A DNA stretch of 30,334 nt, from contig JBBSJT010000014.1 in the NCBI GenBank assembly GCA_038257035.1, positions 1 through 30,334 on the forward strand. The letters are read 5' to 3'. The notes beneath the pieces were generated by a model, which saw nothing but the letters and a program-made list of their open reading frames with translations, had not been told where the DNA came from and made no database searches. The stretch comes from Chlamydiia bacterium. GTDB taxonomy: Bacteria > Chlamydiota > Chlamydiia > Chlamydiales > Parachlamydiaceae. The translations under genes and the position numbers were made by a program. Below are positions 1 through 8,454 of this stretch, in pieces (within the stretch, counting starts at the first letter, position 1; each line of letters opens with the position of its first letter).

Positions 1-30
1 TCTAACAAATGTTGTCGATTATCTGGTCGA

Positions 31-777
31 TTATTTCTTGATGCGTCCAAGGAGTTCATAACTTTTCTCTAATAAAGGTAAATAATTTTTTTGTACTTCT
101 TCAATTTTCTTGCCGGTATCATTACAAAGCGTTTTCGTCGTTTTTAGCTTTTCATCTTGATCCGCCATTTTTTTATTGTTCAATTCTTGGCTTCTTTCGA
201 GTTTCAATAGCTTCTCTCCGTTTCTTTCTAAAAATAATTCCAACTGCTCTTCCTGACTTTCAAAAGCTTTCTCGATTTGTTGAAGGACTTGATCAGCTAT
301 CTGGTAAATTTCATTTGTTTTTTCTGCAAGTTTTTCTTCGAGTTTTTCCATGGAATTATTATTTTGCAGTTCATCAAATTCATCTCCCATAAATGCTATT
401 TCATCAAGGTAATCGTCGATGTTCATTTTTTCAGGAAGTAAAAAGATTAGTATTTTTTTTGCTTCATTTTCAGTGTCTGCCAAATGATTCAAACTCTCTT
501 CGTCAAGTTCAGCATTAAGCATCCTCGGCTGAATGATATCATTGATCACCATAGCCATGCTCATCGAAGGCTCTTCATTATAAGTGGAAATCAAGAGTTC
601 CATTAATTCTTTATCTTCAATAGAAAACAAGGGTGAGCTTAACTGTTTTTGAAGAAATTCTTCCGGCGTTTCGTTTTGCATGTGTGTACGCAACCTTAAT
701 ATCTTTTGAGTAGGCGCCGTTTCCGTAATGGTTGTTGATCCTGAGTAAGCTGCATAACCTGAATGATTTAATTGCAT
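31..777 (-). CDS. Hypothetical acidic coiled-coil protein, last gene of the minus-strand cluster
   Basis: 248-aa ORF rich in E/K/L/Q heptads. AAGGA SD lies directly upstream, overlapping the restored stop of the preceding gene. Confidence 0.8.
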   Translation of the reverse strand: MQLNHSGYAAYSGSTTITETAPTQKILRLRTHMQNETPEEFLQKQLSSPLFSIEDKELMELLISTYNEEPSMSMAMVINDIIQPRMLNAELDEESLNHLADTENEAKKILIFLLPEKMNIDDYLDEIAFMGDEFDELQNNNSMEKLEEKLAEKTNEIYQIADQVLQQIEKAFESQEEQLELFLERNGEKLLKLERSQELNNKKMADQDEKLKTTKTLCNDTGKKIEEVQKNYLPLLEKSYELLGRIKK

Positions 778-786
778 AGATTATCC

Positions 787-1379
787 TTAAAGTTGCCCAA
801 TTTCAGTTTTTAATTGGTCATTCAATTTTTTGATCGATTCAAAACGCAGTTCTTTTTCTTTTGCAGCAATAGCATTGTCATAGTTTTTCATATTTTGACG
901 TTTTTATCGTGATTAAGTTGTTCAAAATACTGTTGAATAGGATCAGGTTTTAAAAAACTCCACTCATAAAATTTAGGAACAAATGCAGGATATTGTTTTG
1001 GCTCTTCCGTAAAATTTATGAGCGTGCTCATATCCTTAACAATATTTCCAATCGTTTCTTTTTTGAGTTGATGGTTTTCAGCATTAGATTTGATGATTGC
1101 CTCATACATGATTGCTTGTTCCTTAAGACGACTTTCGGCTTGCATTTGTGCTGCTTCTAGCTCCTCAACCTTTTTAGCGAGCGTGTCAATGGTATTTTGC
1201 ATTGCCGTTTTATTTTCTTGAAAAATCTTTTTGGTGTTGAACATCGCTACCAACAGTTGGTCATTTTCTTCAGCAAGCTCATTGATTACTGGATTAATGG
1301 CAATCTGGTTATTTTGCGGGTTGTTTGGTTCTAAATTAACTAACGTGCTATTTTGGTTTATTTGTATTTGCATTTGCAT
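787..1379 (-). pseudogene. Coiled-coil paralog A1, split by a 1-nt frameshift (real or sequencing error)
   Basis: The ORF track stops at 888. Adding one base to the T5 run at 901-905 gives HDKKRQNMKNYDNAIAAKEKELRFESIKKLNDQLKTEIGQL* (stop 787-789). This matches the C-termini of the two upstream paralogs. Confidence 0.75.
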
Positions 1380-1403
1380 TTTTCTTATACCTAGTTATTT
1401 GTT

Positions 1404-1487
1404 TTGTAGCTTAGGATTTAACCTGAGCATCTTTTCATGGGTTTTAATCCGTGTTTTCGTTATCATGGGTTAAAACCCACGCTACAA
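1404..1487. repeat. REP-like intergenic palindrome, with a partial copy at about 2142-2190
   Basis: TTGTAGC(1404)...GCTACAA(1487) ends enclose the hairpins GCTTAGGATTTAACCTGAGC, CATGGGTTTTAATCCGTG and CATGGGTTAAAACCCACG. The first two hairpins recur upstream of paralog A2. Confidence 0.6.
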
Positions 1488-1491
1488 TTAT

Positions 1492-2118
1492 TTAAAGTTG
1501 CTCAAATTCCGTTTTTAATTGATCGTTAAGTTTTTTGATCATTCCCAGTCTTAATTCTTTTTCTTTGTTAGCAACAGCAATATCCTGATTTTTCATTTCT
1601 TGTGTTTGTTTATCATGAGCAGCCTTACAAGATTGATATATTTCCACGCTTGGTTGATTAAATTTTGGAAACATTTGACCAAGCCCTGGGAATAAACTAT
1701 TCATACTAAAGCTTGAATTTATCGGGGGATAAGCCGAATATTCTTTTACTTCTTCTTTAAAATCTATAAGTTCACTCATTTGCTTAAATGTATTAGCGAT
1801 CTTTTCATTTCTTAATTTGTTTTTCTCTTGTGTTGATTTGAGTGCTGCCTCGTGCATTATCGATTGCTCTTTAACGCGACTTTCGGCTTGCATTTGTGCT
1901 GCTTCTAGCCCCTCAACCTTTTTAGCGAGGGTGTCAATTGTATTTTGCATTGCCGTTTTATTTTCTTGAAAAATCTTTTTGGTGTTAAACATCGCCACCA
2001 ACAATTGGTCATTTTCTTCAGCAAGCTCATTGATTACTGGATTAATGGCAACCTGGTTTTGAGCGTAGATTGGTTCTAAATTAACTAACGTGCTATGTTG
2101 ATTTATCTGTATTTGCAT
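1492..2118 (-). CDS. Coiled-coil paralog A2 (hypothetical)
   Basis: Start moved to MQIQINQ (2118) by alignment with A1 and A3. Shares INPVINELA.END.L.VAMFNTKKIF and IKKLNDQLK with them. Confidence 0.8.
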   Translation of the reverse strand: MQIQINQHSTLVNLEPIYAQNQVAINPVINELAEENDQLLVAMFNTKKIFQENKTAMQNTIDTLAKKVEGLEAAQMQAESRVKEQSIMHEAALKSTQEKNKLRNEKIANTFKQMSELIDFKEEVKEYSAYPPINSSFSMNSLFPGLGQMFPKFNQPSVEIYQSCKAAHDKQTQEMKNQDIAVANKEKELRLGMIKKLNDQLKTEFEQL

Positions 2119-2199
2119 TTTTTCTAACCTAATTAATGTTTTTAGCTTAGGCTTTAGCCTGAGCATGTTTTTATGGGTTTTTACCCGTGTTTTATTTTT

Positions 2200-2769
2200 T
2201 TAAAGTTTCTCGATTTCCGGTTTTAATTGATCATTAAGTTTCTTGATCAATTCCAATCGCCTTCCTTTTTCTTTATTCGCAATAACCATATCCTGGTTTT
2301 TTTTTTGATCGTGTACATACTGAAGAGATTGATTAAGAAGTGACTCCATTCCTCCAACATTAAGGTAAGGGGGGATGAATTCCGGATATTGTTTTGGTTC
2401 TTCTTTAAAATCTATAAGTATGGTCATTTCCTTAACAATATTTCCAATCGTTTCTTTTTTAATTTGCTGATCTTCAGCATTAGATTTAATAATTGCCTCA
2501 TACATGATTGCTTGTTCTTTAATGCGATTTTCGGCTTGCATGAGTAATGCTTGAAGTTCTTCATTAGTTTTAGCTTGTGTAGCGATTGTATTTTGCATAG
2601 CCGTTTTATGTTCTTCAAAAATCTTTTTCGTGTTAAACATCGCCACCATCAATAGATCATTTTCTCCAGCAAGTTCATTGATGACTGGGTTGATCGCGAT
2701 TTGATTATTTTGCATGTAGTTTGGATCTAGATTAACTACTGCGCTATTTTGGGTTACGTGTAGACTCAT
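2200..2769 (-). CDS. Coiled-coil paralog A3 (hypothetical)
   Basis: 189-aa ORF with an AAGGA SD, homologous to A1 and A2. Confidence 0.8.
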   Translation of the reverse strand: MSLHVTQNSAVVNLDPNYMQNNQIAINPVINELAGENDLLMVAMFNTKKIFEEHKTAMQNTIATQAKTNEELQALLMQAENRIKEQAIMYEAIIKSNAEDQQIKKETIGNIVKEMTILIDFKEEPKQYPEFIPPYLNVGGMESLLNQSLQYVHDQKKNQDMVIANKEKGRRLELIKKLNDQLKPEIEKL

Positions 2770-2814
2770 ATTAGTTTCCTTTTTTTAGAGCACTTTAGTG
2801 AGAGTTCGATTATT

Positions 2815-3804
2815 TTATCCAAATAGAAATCCCATAATGCCGCCTCTTTTTTTATTCAATCTTTCTTGTAGCTCTGCAAGTTCTTGTTGTCTTGCTTGGA
2901 TTTGGGCGCGTAGGCAAGTTTGTTCATATTCTAATCGAAAATTAGCAAGCTTTAATTCATATGCTTCTTTTTCCACTTCAAACATTTTTTTCTCTTGGCT
3001 CATCGCTTTACCCTTAAGGTCATTAATTGCTGCACCTTGTTTCTGTTCCATTTTGTCAATGCGATCATTTAATGCGGCTTCACTTGCCTTTGTTTTTTGA
3101 GTTTCAATTTCAATTCTTTCTTTAAGTTTTTCCTCAATAATTTTCTTTACATCATCCATCTTAGTAGTGTCTTCCTTAAGCGACTCGCCCATGAATTCAA
3201 ACTGCTCTTTCATAAATTTATTTTTAAATTTTATGCTATATGTAGTCAAAACAGTCTGGTTCAACGCTTGCATAGGTTCAGTATTATAAAAAGAGTTGTC
3301 TTGTGTAACAAGTTGAGTACTCATTTCTTGAGGACTTAAGGAGTACATCCATGAAAGCATGGCTTCGGCAAAGTCGTGGCGAATCAAAGTTATTGGCTGA
3401 CCATTAAGTTTGATAGGATTGTTTTCTACAAATTTTTTGTCAGCGGTCCACAAAGATTCTTTGACAAGTACCGGATTTTCAAGAGGTGTTTTTACAACAG
3501 CATCGACAAGAATTTTTGTGGCAAGTTGATAAATGTTTTGTTCAACATTTTGCGCAAATTGTTCTATAATTTCTGCATCCGAAATAGTCTCTGATTTCAC
3601 ATCGATTTCTACTAGCGTAACATTAGCATACCAAGTTAATAGATCATAGGAAAGGGGGTCATTCCATAAACTGCAAAATTGTTCACCAACAATATCATTA
3701 ATGAACCTTAGCTCACTAAAAGCTTGTTTATAATTCACACCATGCAATTTTAATACTAGGTGTTCCGGGGTATATTCTTTTGGAAGAGTTGTTTGTATCT
3801 GCAT
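2815..3804 (-). CDS. Hypothetical protein with a degenerate U-box-like segment and C-terminal coiled coil
   Basis: Residues 98-153 (ILVDAVVKTPLENPVLV...WTADKKFVENNPIKLNGQPITLIRHDFAEAMLSW) follow U-box spacing. The C-terminal half is heptad-rich. Confidence 0.6.
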   Translation of the reverse strand: MQIQTTLPKEYTPEHLVLKLHGVNYKQAFSELRFINDIVGEQFCSLWNDPLSYDLLTWYANVTLVEIDVKSETISDAEIIEQFAQNVEQNIYQLATKILVDAVVKTPLENPVLVKESLWTADKKFVENNPIKLNGQPITLIRHDFAEAMLSWMYSLSPQEMSTQLVTQDNSFYNTEPMQALNQTVLTTYSIKFKNKFMKEQFEFMGESLKEDTTKMDDVKKIIEEKLKERIEIETQKTKASEAALNDRIDKMEQKQGAAINDLKGKAMSQEKKMFEVEKEAYELKLANFRLEYEQTCLRAQIQARQQELAELQERLNKKRGGIMGFLFG

Positions 3805-3812
3805 ATTTTATC

Positions 3813-4268
3813 CTAATATAAGTGTGCTAATGATGTTTTTAGACGGGCAGCTTCAACTTGATTTGCTTGAAGCGTTTTTTTCTGCTCCAGAACAATGCTT
3901 GCGTCTTCTATAATGACTTTTTTTACATCTTTAATGCGCGTTTTAAGATCATCAGCCGTTTTTTGATTCACTTTAGAGATCTCTTCAATGGCATCAGCTT
4001 GTTTAATTTCGTGTTCGATTTGTTGAAGTTTTGAATTGATGATAAGAGCAGTTGTTTCTTTTTCCATTTTCTCACAATACTGTGTAAGCTGCAAAGTGTC
4101 TTGACTAACCACTTGCATCGCCTCTTCTAACATGAGACGAGCGATTTCCATTTTTTGGTAAGTTCTTGCAGCGAGGACAATGGATTTATCCATAGATTCA
4201 ATTTGATCATTAGGCAAATCCAAAATTCTAGGCAATAAAGGCACTAATGCTAAGTCTGTATTGTTCAT
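3813..4268 (-). CDS. Hypothetical coiled-coil protein, first gene of the cluster
   Basis: 151-aa ORF with a GAGGA SD and an 8-nt gap to the next gene. Confidence 0.8.
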   Translation of the reverse strand: MNNTDLALVPLLPRILDLPNDQIESMDKSIVLAARTYQKMEIARLMLEEAMQVVSQDTLQLTQYCEKMEKETTALIINSKLQQIEHEIKQADAIEEISKVNQKTADDLKTRIKDVKKVIIEDASIVLEQKKTLQANQVEAARLKTSLAHLY

Positions 4269-4433
4269 GTTTCCTCTTAAATTGTAACTAAACTAAAAAA
4301 ACAGTAACAAAATAAAAATTTAAAGTCAATAATATATATTACATGTATTCTGAATGTTAAACAGTTAAGCTTGCCAGTAACCAATTTAATTTTACTATTT
4401 ACGAGCTGAAAAACTTAAAGCGTCAATTAAAAT

Positions 4434-4524
4434 AGTTCTCTCTACAAGTGCATAATTTTTGATCTACCTTTAAGTTCTATGTGCAGTCGTTTATAAGTTA
4501 TGCACTCGTGAGAGAACTGTCCCC
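4434..4524. repeat. GGGAC/GTCCCC-family REP-like palindrome, copy 1
   Basis: AGTTCTCTCTACAAGTGCATAA ... TTATGCACTCGTGAGAGAACTGTCCCC inverted arms, similar to the copies at 6228-6642, 8166-8385 and 11980-12476. Confidence 0.7.
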
Positions 4525-4637
4525 GATATTCTTTATCAATGTTTATTGATTAGCGATTAAATATTTAATTAATATTTAAATTATTTGTTTTTAAATTGAT
4601 GGATGTGTTATTCTCTTTTTGAAATTAAGGAGAATTC

Positions 4638-5342
4638 ATGAATCTAAATTGTAATTTATTAGAAAATTGTACACCCAATCATTTAATTTTAGATGACAGG
4701 CCTGTTGAAGCTTGTAGCTTACTTTTACCGGAACTTTTGACATTGATATGTGGAAATTTAGAGGTTCACTCTTTATGCAATCTTTCCTTGGTTTCAAGGG
4801 AATGGTATGTTTTGAGCTCAAAAGATGAGGCGTGGAAACATCAAGAGAAGGTTTACAAAGCATGGACCCCAAATTTAAAATGTAAAATTAGGCGAAGTCT
4901 TTATCCTGTTTTTCAGGCAATTAAAGCAAGTATTGAAGAGAGAAACCAAGATTTCTACTGCAGTTTAGCCAAGGCTCTATTTGAGGGGAATATTCAAAGC
5001 ATTAACCTTCTGCCTTGTGAGGATGATTCAGATCGTCAATTTGAAATAATCTTAAATGAAACTAGAGAAATTACTTTTTTGCATACAATATTAAAAAATA
5101 TGTGCATTCCAAAAAAAGTAAATTTAACTGTAAATGAAATTGGATTTTCATTTGTTGAGCCAATAAAAGTAAATAATAACTTATACACTGAGATTTGGGG
5201 AGGTACAGTAGCAGTTACATTTACTCATAGCATTCGCTACATTTTCCCTTCTCCACCTCTAATTTCATCAACTACCGAATTTTTGGACTGTTTTTTATAT
5301 AAGGACGGTAAGAACAAAGATAAGGTCTCTTTCGGTTGGTAG
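4638..5342 (+). CDS. F-box domain protein (putative host-directed effector)
   Basis: LLLPELLTLICGNLEVHSLCNLSLVSREWYVLSSKDEAWK fits the F-box consensus. AAGGAG SD present. Confidence 0.8.
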   Translation: MNLNCNLLENCTPNHLILDDRPVEACSLLLPELLTLICGNLEVHSLCNLSLVSREWYVLSSKDEAWKHQEKVYKAWTPNLKCKIRRSLYPVFQAIKASIEERNQDFYCSLAKALFEGNIQSINLLPCEDDSDRQFEIILNETREITFLHTILKNMCIPKKVNLTVNEIGFSFVEPIKVNNNLYTEIWGGTVAVTFTHSIRYIFPSPPLISSTTEFLDCFLYKDGKNKDKVSFGW

Positions 5343-5426
5343 AAAGCTTGAAGGACAGTTGTTTTTTCTGGAATTCATGGAAAAGAGATGCTATTATTTC
5401 TAGAAAACTAAAGATAGAAGTTAAGA

Positions 5427-6215
5427 ATGTTAACAGATGCCATTTACGACAAAATCGGTAAAACTTACGACGAAACACGAACAGCCGATCCTGAAATTGT
5501 AAAAAAAATCATTGAGCATTTATCGCCTAATAGAGATGGGCATTATCTTGACATAGGATGTGGCTCAGGCAATTACACCCATGCTATTTTCGAAAATGGT
5601 TTTCGCATTTCCGGAGTTGATATTTCTGAAGAAATGTTAGCAAAAGCCTGTAAAAAAAATACTCAGATCGAATGGGTTCATGGAGATGCTAGAGCACTTC
5701 CTTTTTCTAACCATCAATTTGATGGAGCCATTTGCATTTTAGCAACACATCACATTAAAGATATAGAAAAGTCATTTAAAGAAGTTTTTAAAGTTTTAAA
5801 AAAAGGTCGATTTCTTATTTTTACTTCATTTCCGGAACAGATGGAAGCTTGGTGGTTAAATAAATACTTTCCCCAAATGATGTCTCATTCGTCAAGTGCA
5901 ATGCATCATTATGAAAGAGTGTTTTCAGCCCTACAAAATGCTGGCTTTGAAGATATTCAAACTGAAAAGTTTTTTGTTGATAGTGGCCTTAAAGATTGTT
6001 TTTTTCAAGTGGGGAAATATAGACCACATATGTATTTAGATCCCAAGGTTCGCGCCGGAATATCTTCCTTTTCACTTGCGATAAATCAAGAAGAGATTAG
6101 GTTAGGTTGTGAAGAATTAAGGAAGGATATAGCTTCAGGAGAAATAAAGAAAATTATTGAATTGAATGAAAGCAATTTAGGGGATTACGTATTTATTTCC
6201 GGCACCAAAAAATAA
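5427..6215 (+). CDS. Class I SAM-dependent methyltransferase
   Basis: Motif I YLDIGCGSG, followed by GVDISEEML and GDARALPF. Confidence 0.9.
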   Translation: MLTDAIYDKIGKTYDETRTADPEIVKKIIEHLSPNRDGHYLDIGCGSGNYTHAIFENGFRISGVDISEEMLAKACKKNTQIEWVHGDARALPFSNHQFDGAICILATHHIKDIEKSFKEVFKVLKKGRFLIFTSFPEQMEAWWLNKYFPQMMSHSSSAMHHYERVFSALQNAGFEDIQTEKFFVDSGLKDCFFQVGKYRPHMYLDPKVRAGISSFSLAINQEEIRLGCEELRKDIASGEIKKIIELNESNLGDYVFISGTKK

Positions 6216-6227
6216 CTACCGAATAAA

Positions 6228-6642
6228 GGGATCAAGGGACGGTCCTCAAATAAGTGCATAGCCCTTTTTATTACCCCGGAAGGGGTCAACAGCTTTCAGC
6301 CCCGTGTGTAATTTATGGCCTATAGGCCTGAAATGGAACTCGGGGTACCAATACCAATAAAACTAGCCCCGGCAGGGGTGTAAGAATCAATTCGTTTATA
6401 TAAATTAAATAAAATGGTGAAAAAATTGATTACGACCCTCGATTTGTATTTGATTGATGATTCTTACACCCCTGCCGTCGGGGCTGAATTTTTATTTTTT
6501 AGTACCCCGAGTTCCATTTCAGGTCTTTTGGCCTTCCATTACAAACGGGGCTGACTGCTGTTGACCCCCTACCGGGGTAAAAACAGAAAGCTTGTTGGAA
6601 ATGATTGGGGACGGTTATGCACTTATGAAGAACTGTCCCCAT
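6228..6642. repeat. GGGAC/GTCCCC-family palindrome, copy 2, with arms separated by the IS200-derived element
   Basis: Left arm GGGACGGTCCTCAAATAAGTGCATAGCC (6236-6263) is the approximate reverse complement of right arm GGTTATGCACTTATGAAGAACTGTCCCC (6613-6640). Confidence 0.7.
6271..6580 (+). mobile_element. Non-autonomous IS200/Y1-transposase-derived element with about 120-bp triple-hairpin inverted arms, copy 1
   Basis: Arms 6271-6389 and 6458-6580 are inverted repeats. The centre, 6413-6457, reads NGEKIDYDPRFVFD*, homologous to the TnpA tail in copy 2. Confidence 0.75.
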
Positions 6643-6736
6643 TCGCTATAAGGGCCTTAAAAACATTGTATTTATTGCGATTAAAATTATATTACTGTAT
6701 ATTATTCATAGTCAAATCTTTAAATGAGTCCGGCTA

Positions 6737-7594
6737 ATGAATATAAATTCAACTCAAGCAAACTTAATGCAATTTCCTGAAGAAACCTTAAACCTCATTT
6801 TAAGTAACACATTTTCGACAAAAACTCTTTTAATGTTTAGCCAATGCTCTAAGCAATGCTATGGATTAGTATTTAAAAACAATCCGGCATTGATGCTAAT
6901 TAATGATCTTGTACAAAGTACCATAAAAAATAACCATAACCATATTGAACACAAAGAACCTAAAACTAGAGGTGGTTTACGAAATTTGGTTTATTACCCC
7001 CCAAGTTCTAACAAATATTTGATGTACCCCATTTATGAAAATTCAATTTTAAAAAATTATGACGTAACACCTATTGATGATGGTGGTGAATTTACTCTGA
7101 GTTTTAAGTCAGATTTAAAAGAATTAATCGATAAAGAAATGTACGAAAGTGATAAAACTGCTTGCGAAAGAAAACTTTTTAAAGATCTTCTAACTTATGC
7201 TAAAAATAAAAACGCTTTTATCGTTGATATTGGTCTTAAAGTCATTAAAAATACAAATGATATGAAAGTCATTTCGATTAAAAAGAGGGAATTTGGCGAA
7301 TCTGATTGTAGCAGAATATGCCTCGAAATTTTTAGATTTTCCGGGGAATGCCGTGGTGGTGGTAAACTTGACGAACCATTTACTAAAAATTTAAAAGAAA
7401 TTCTTAATAAAAACGAAATTATCATAAGACGACCTCTTAAGCCAAAAACTGATACATCTTCTGAAAATGAACAATCAAAAAAACATAAAATTAAAAAAAT
7501 AGAAGATCTTACTATCCAAAAAATAGAAGTCCCAACTAGCATTCAAAAGCCTATTGATGAATTAGATGACGCATGCAAATGCACCCTTTTTTAG
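6737..7594 (+). CDS. F-box-like protein with C-terminal CaaX prenylation motif
   Basis: N-terminal LMQFPEETLNLILSNTFSTKTLLMFSQCSKQCYGLV is F-box-like. The protein ends in a basic patch followed by CKCTLF*. Confidence 0.7.
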   Translation: MNINSTQANLMQFPEETLNLILSNTFSTKTLLMFSQCSKQCYGLVFKNNPALMLINDLVQSTIKNNHNHIEHKEPKTRGGLRNLVYYPPSSNKYLMYPIYENSILKNYDVTPIDDGGEFTLSFKSDLKELIDKEMYESDKTACERKLFKDLLTYAKNKNAFIVDIGLKVIKNTNDMKVISIKKREFGESDCSRICLEIFRFSGECRGGGKLDEPFTKNLKEILNKNEIIIRRPLKPKTDTSSENEQSKKHKIKKIEDLTIQKIEVPTSIQKPIDELDDACKCTLF

Positions 7595-7626
7595 TTATTA
7601 AAGAAATAATCATTACAAAGGAATTA

Positions 7627-8160
7627 ATGATGATTAATACAGATCAATCGCAGTTTAAAATGGATGATTTTGCAATTAGAAGACTGACAGAGGAGTATAA
7701 GCAGTTCATCTCTGATCATAAAACAGTTCCTTCTTATGAAAATATTAAATCAAATCAGATTTCCATGATGTTTGTAGAAAAATGTTACAATACAGCGTTG
7801 TATGAATTAAAAGAACTATCTATTAAAAAAACATGGTTGTTTTCATGTTATAAATATGAATATTTGGGTGTATCGATTATATTTCCAAAGGAACTTATAA
7901 CAAGCATTCTTCAAATTTATCATCAAATTACTGATCACGGGAATCTTGATTTTAAACAATTTCATGAAATTGATTTCGGTCAACGTGAAATTGCGTTATA
8001 TAATATTAACATTAATATAAAAGAGCTATGGGAACGTGAAATTAAATTTCTCAATTTTGAAGATAATGAAGCTTATAACTATATCGAACCCGGTATTGCT
8101 AGCGTCTTGGTTAAACCCAACATTACCGTTGAAGAAAGAAGCAGTTGCACAATCTTTTAA
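7627..8160 (+). CDS. Hypothetical protein with C-terminal CaaX motif
   Basis: Start moved to ATG 7627, after an AAGGA SD, which removes the overlap with the upstream gene. Ends SSCTIF*. Confidence 0.7.
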   Translation: MMINTDQSQFKMDDFAIRRLTEEYKQFISDHKTVPSYENIKSNQISMMFVEKCYNTALYELKELSIKKTWLFSCYKYEYLGVSIIFPKELITSILQIYHQITDHGNLDFKQFHEIDFGQREIALYNININIKELWEREIKFLNFEDNEAYNYIEPGIASVLVKPNITVEERSSCTIF

Positions 8161-8165
8161 ATAGA

Positions 8166-8385
8166 GGGATCAAGGGACAGTTCTCTCTTGAAGTTCATAA
8201 CTTTTAATCGAAGAATTCACTTCATAAAGCTTATAGAGCTGATTAAAAGTAATGCACTTATGAGAAAACCGTCCCCTAACTATTTTCTATCAAGTTATGC
8301 CTAATTTTCAACGATTTGATCGTCAATAAGTGCATCTTTAGCTTCGATTAAAAGTTATGAACTTGTGAACTGTCCCCAATCATCC
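8166..8385. repeat. GGGAC/GTCCCC-family compound palindrome, copy 3
   Basis: GGGATCAAGGGACAGTTCTCTCTTGAAGTTCATAACTTTTAATCGAAG ... CTTCGATTAAAAGTTATGAACTTGTGAACTGTCCCCAATCATCC, with an additional internal right arm ending CCGTCCCC at about 8276. Confidence 0.75.
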
Positions 8386-8454
8386 TGAAATCTTTGCAAA
8401 TTCCAAGCTGATCATGTAAAATAATAATAAAACTAATTTTATGGATTTTCTTTT

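Noticed and set aside
1231..3594. Short ORFs 1231-1473, 2424-2618, 2798-3100, 3097-3339 and 3376-3594
   Set aside because: They are antisense or alternate-frame shadows of longer coiled-coil genes, with F/S/L-rich composition typical of the reverse strand.
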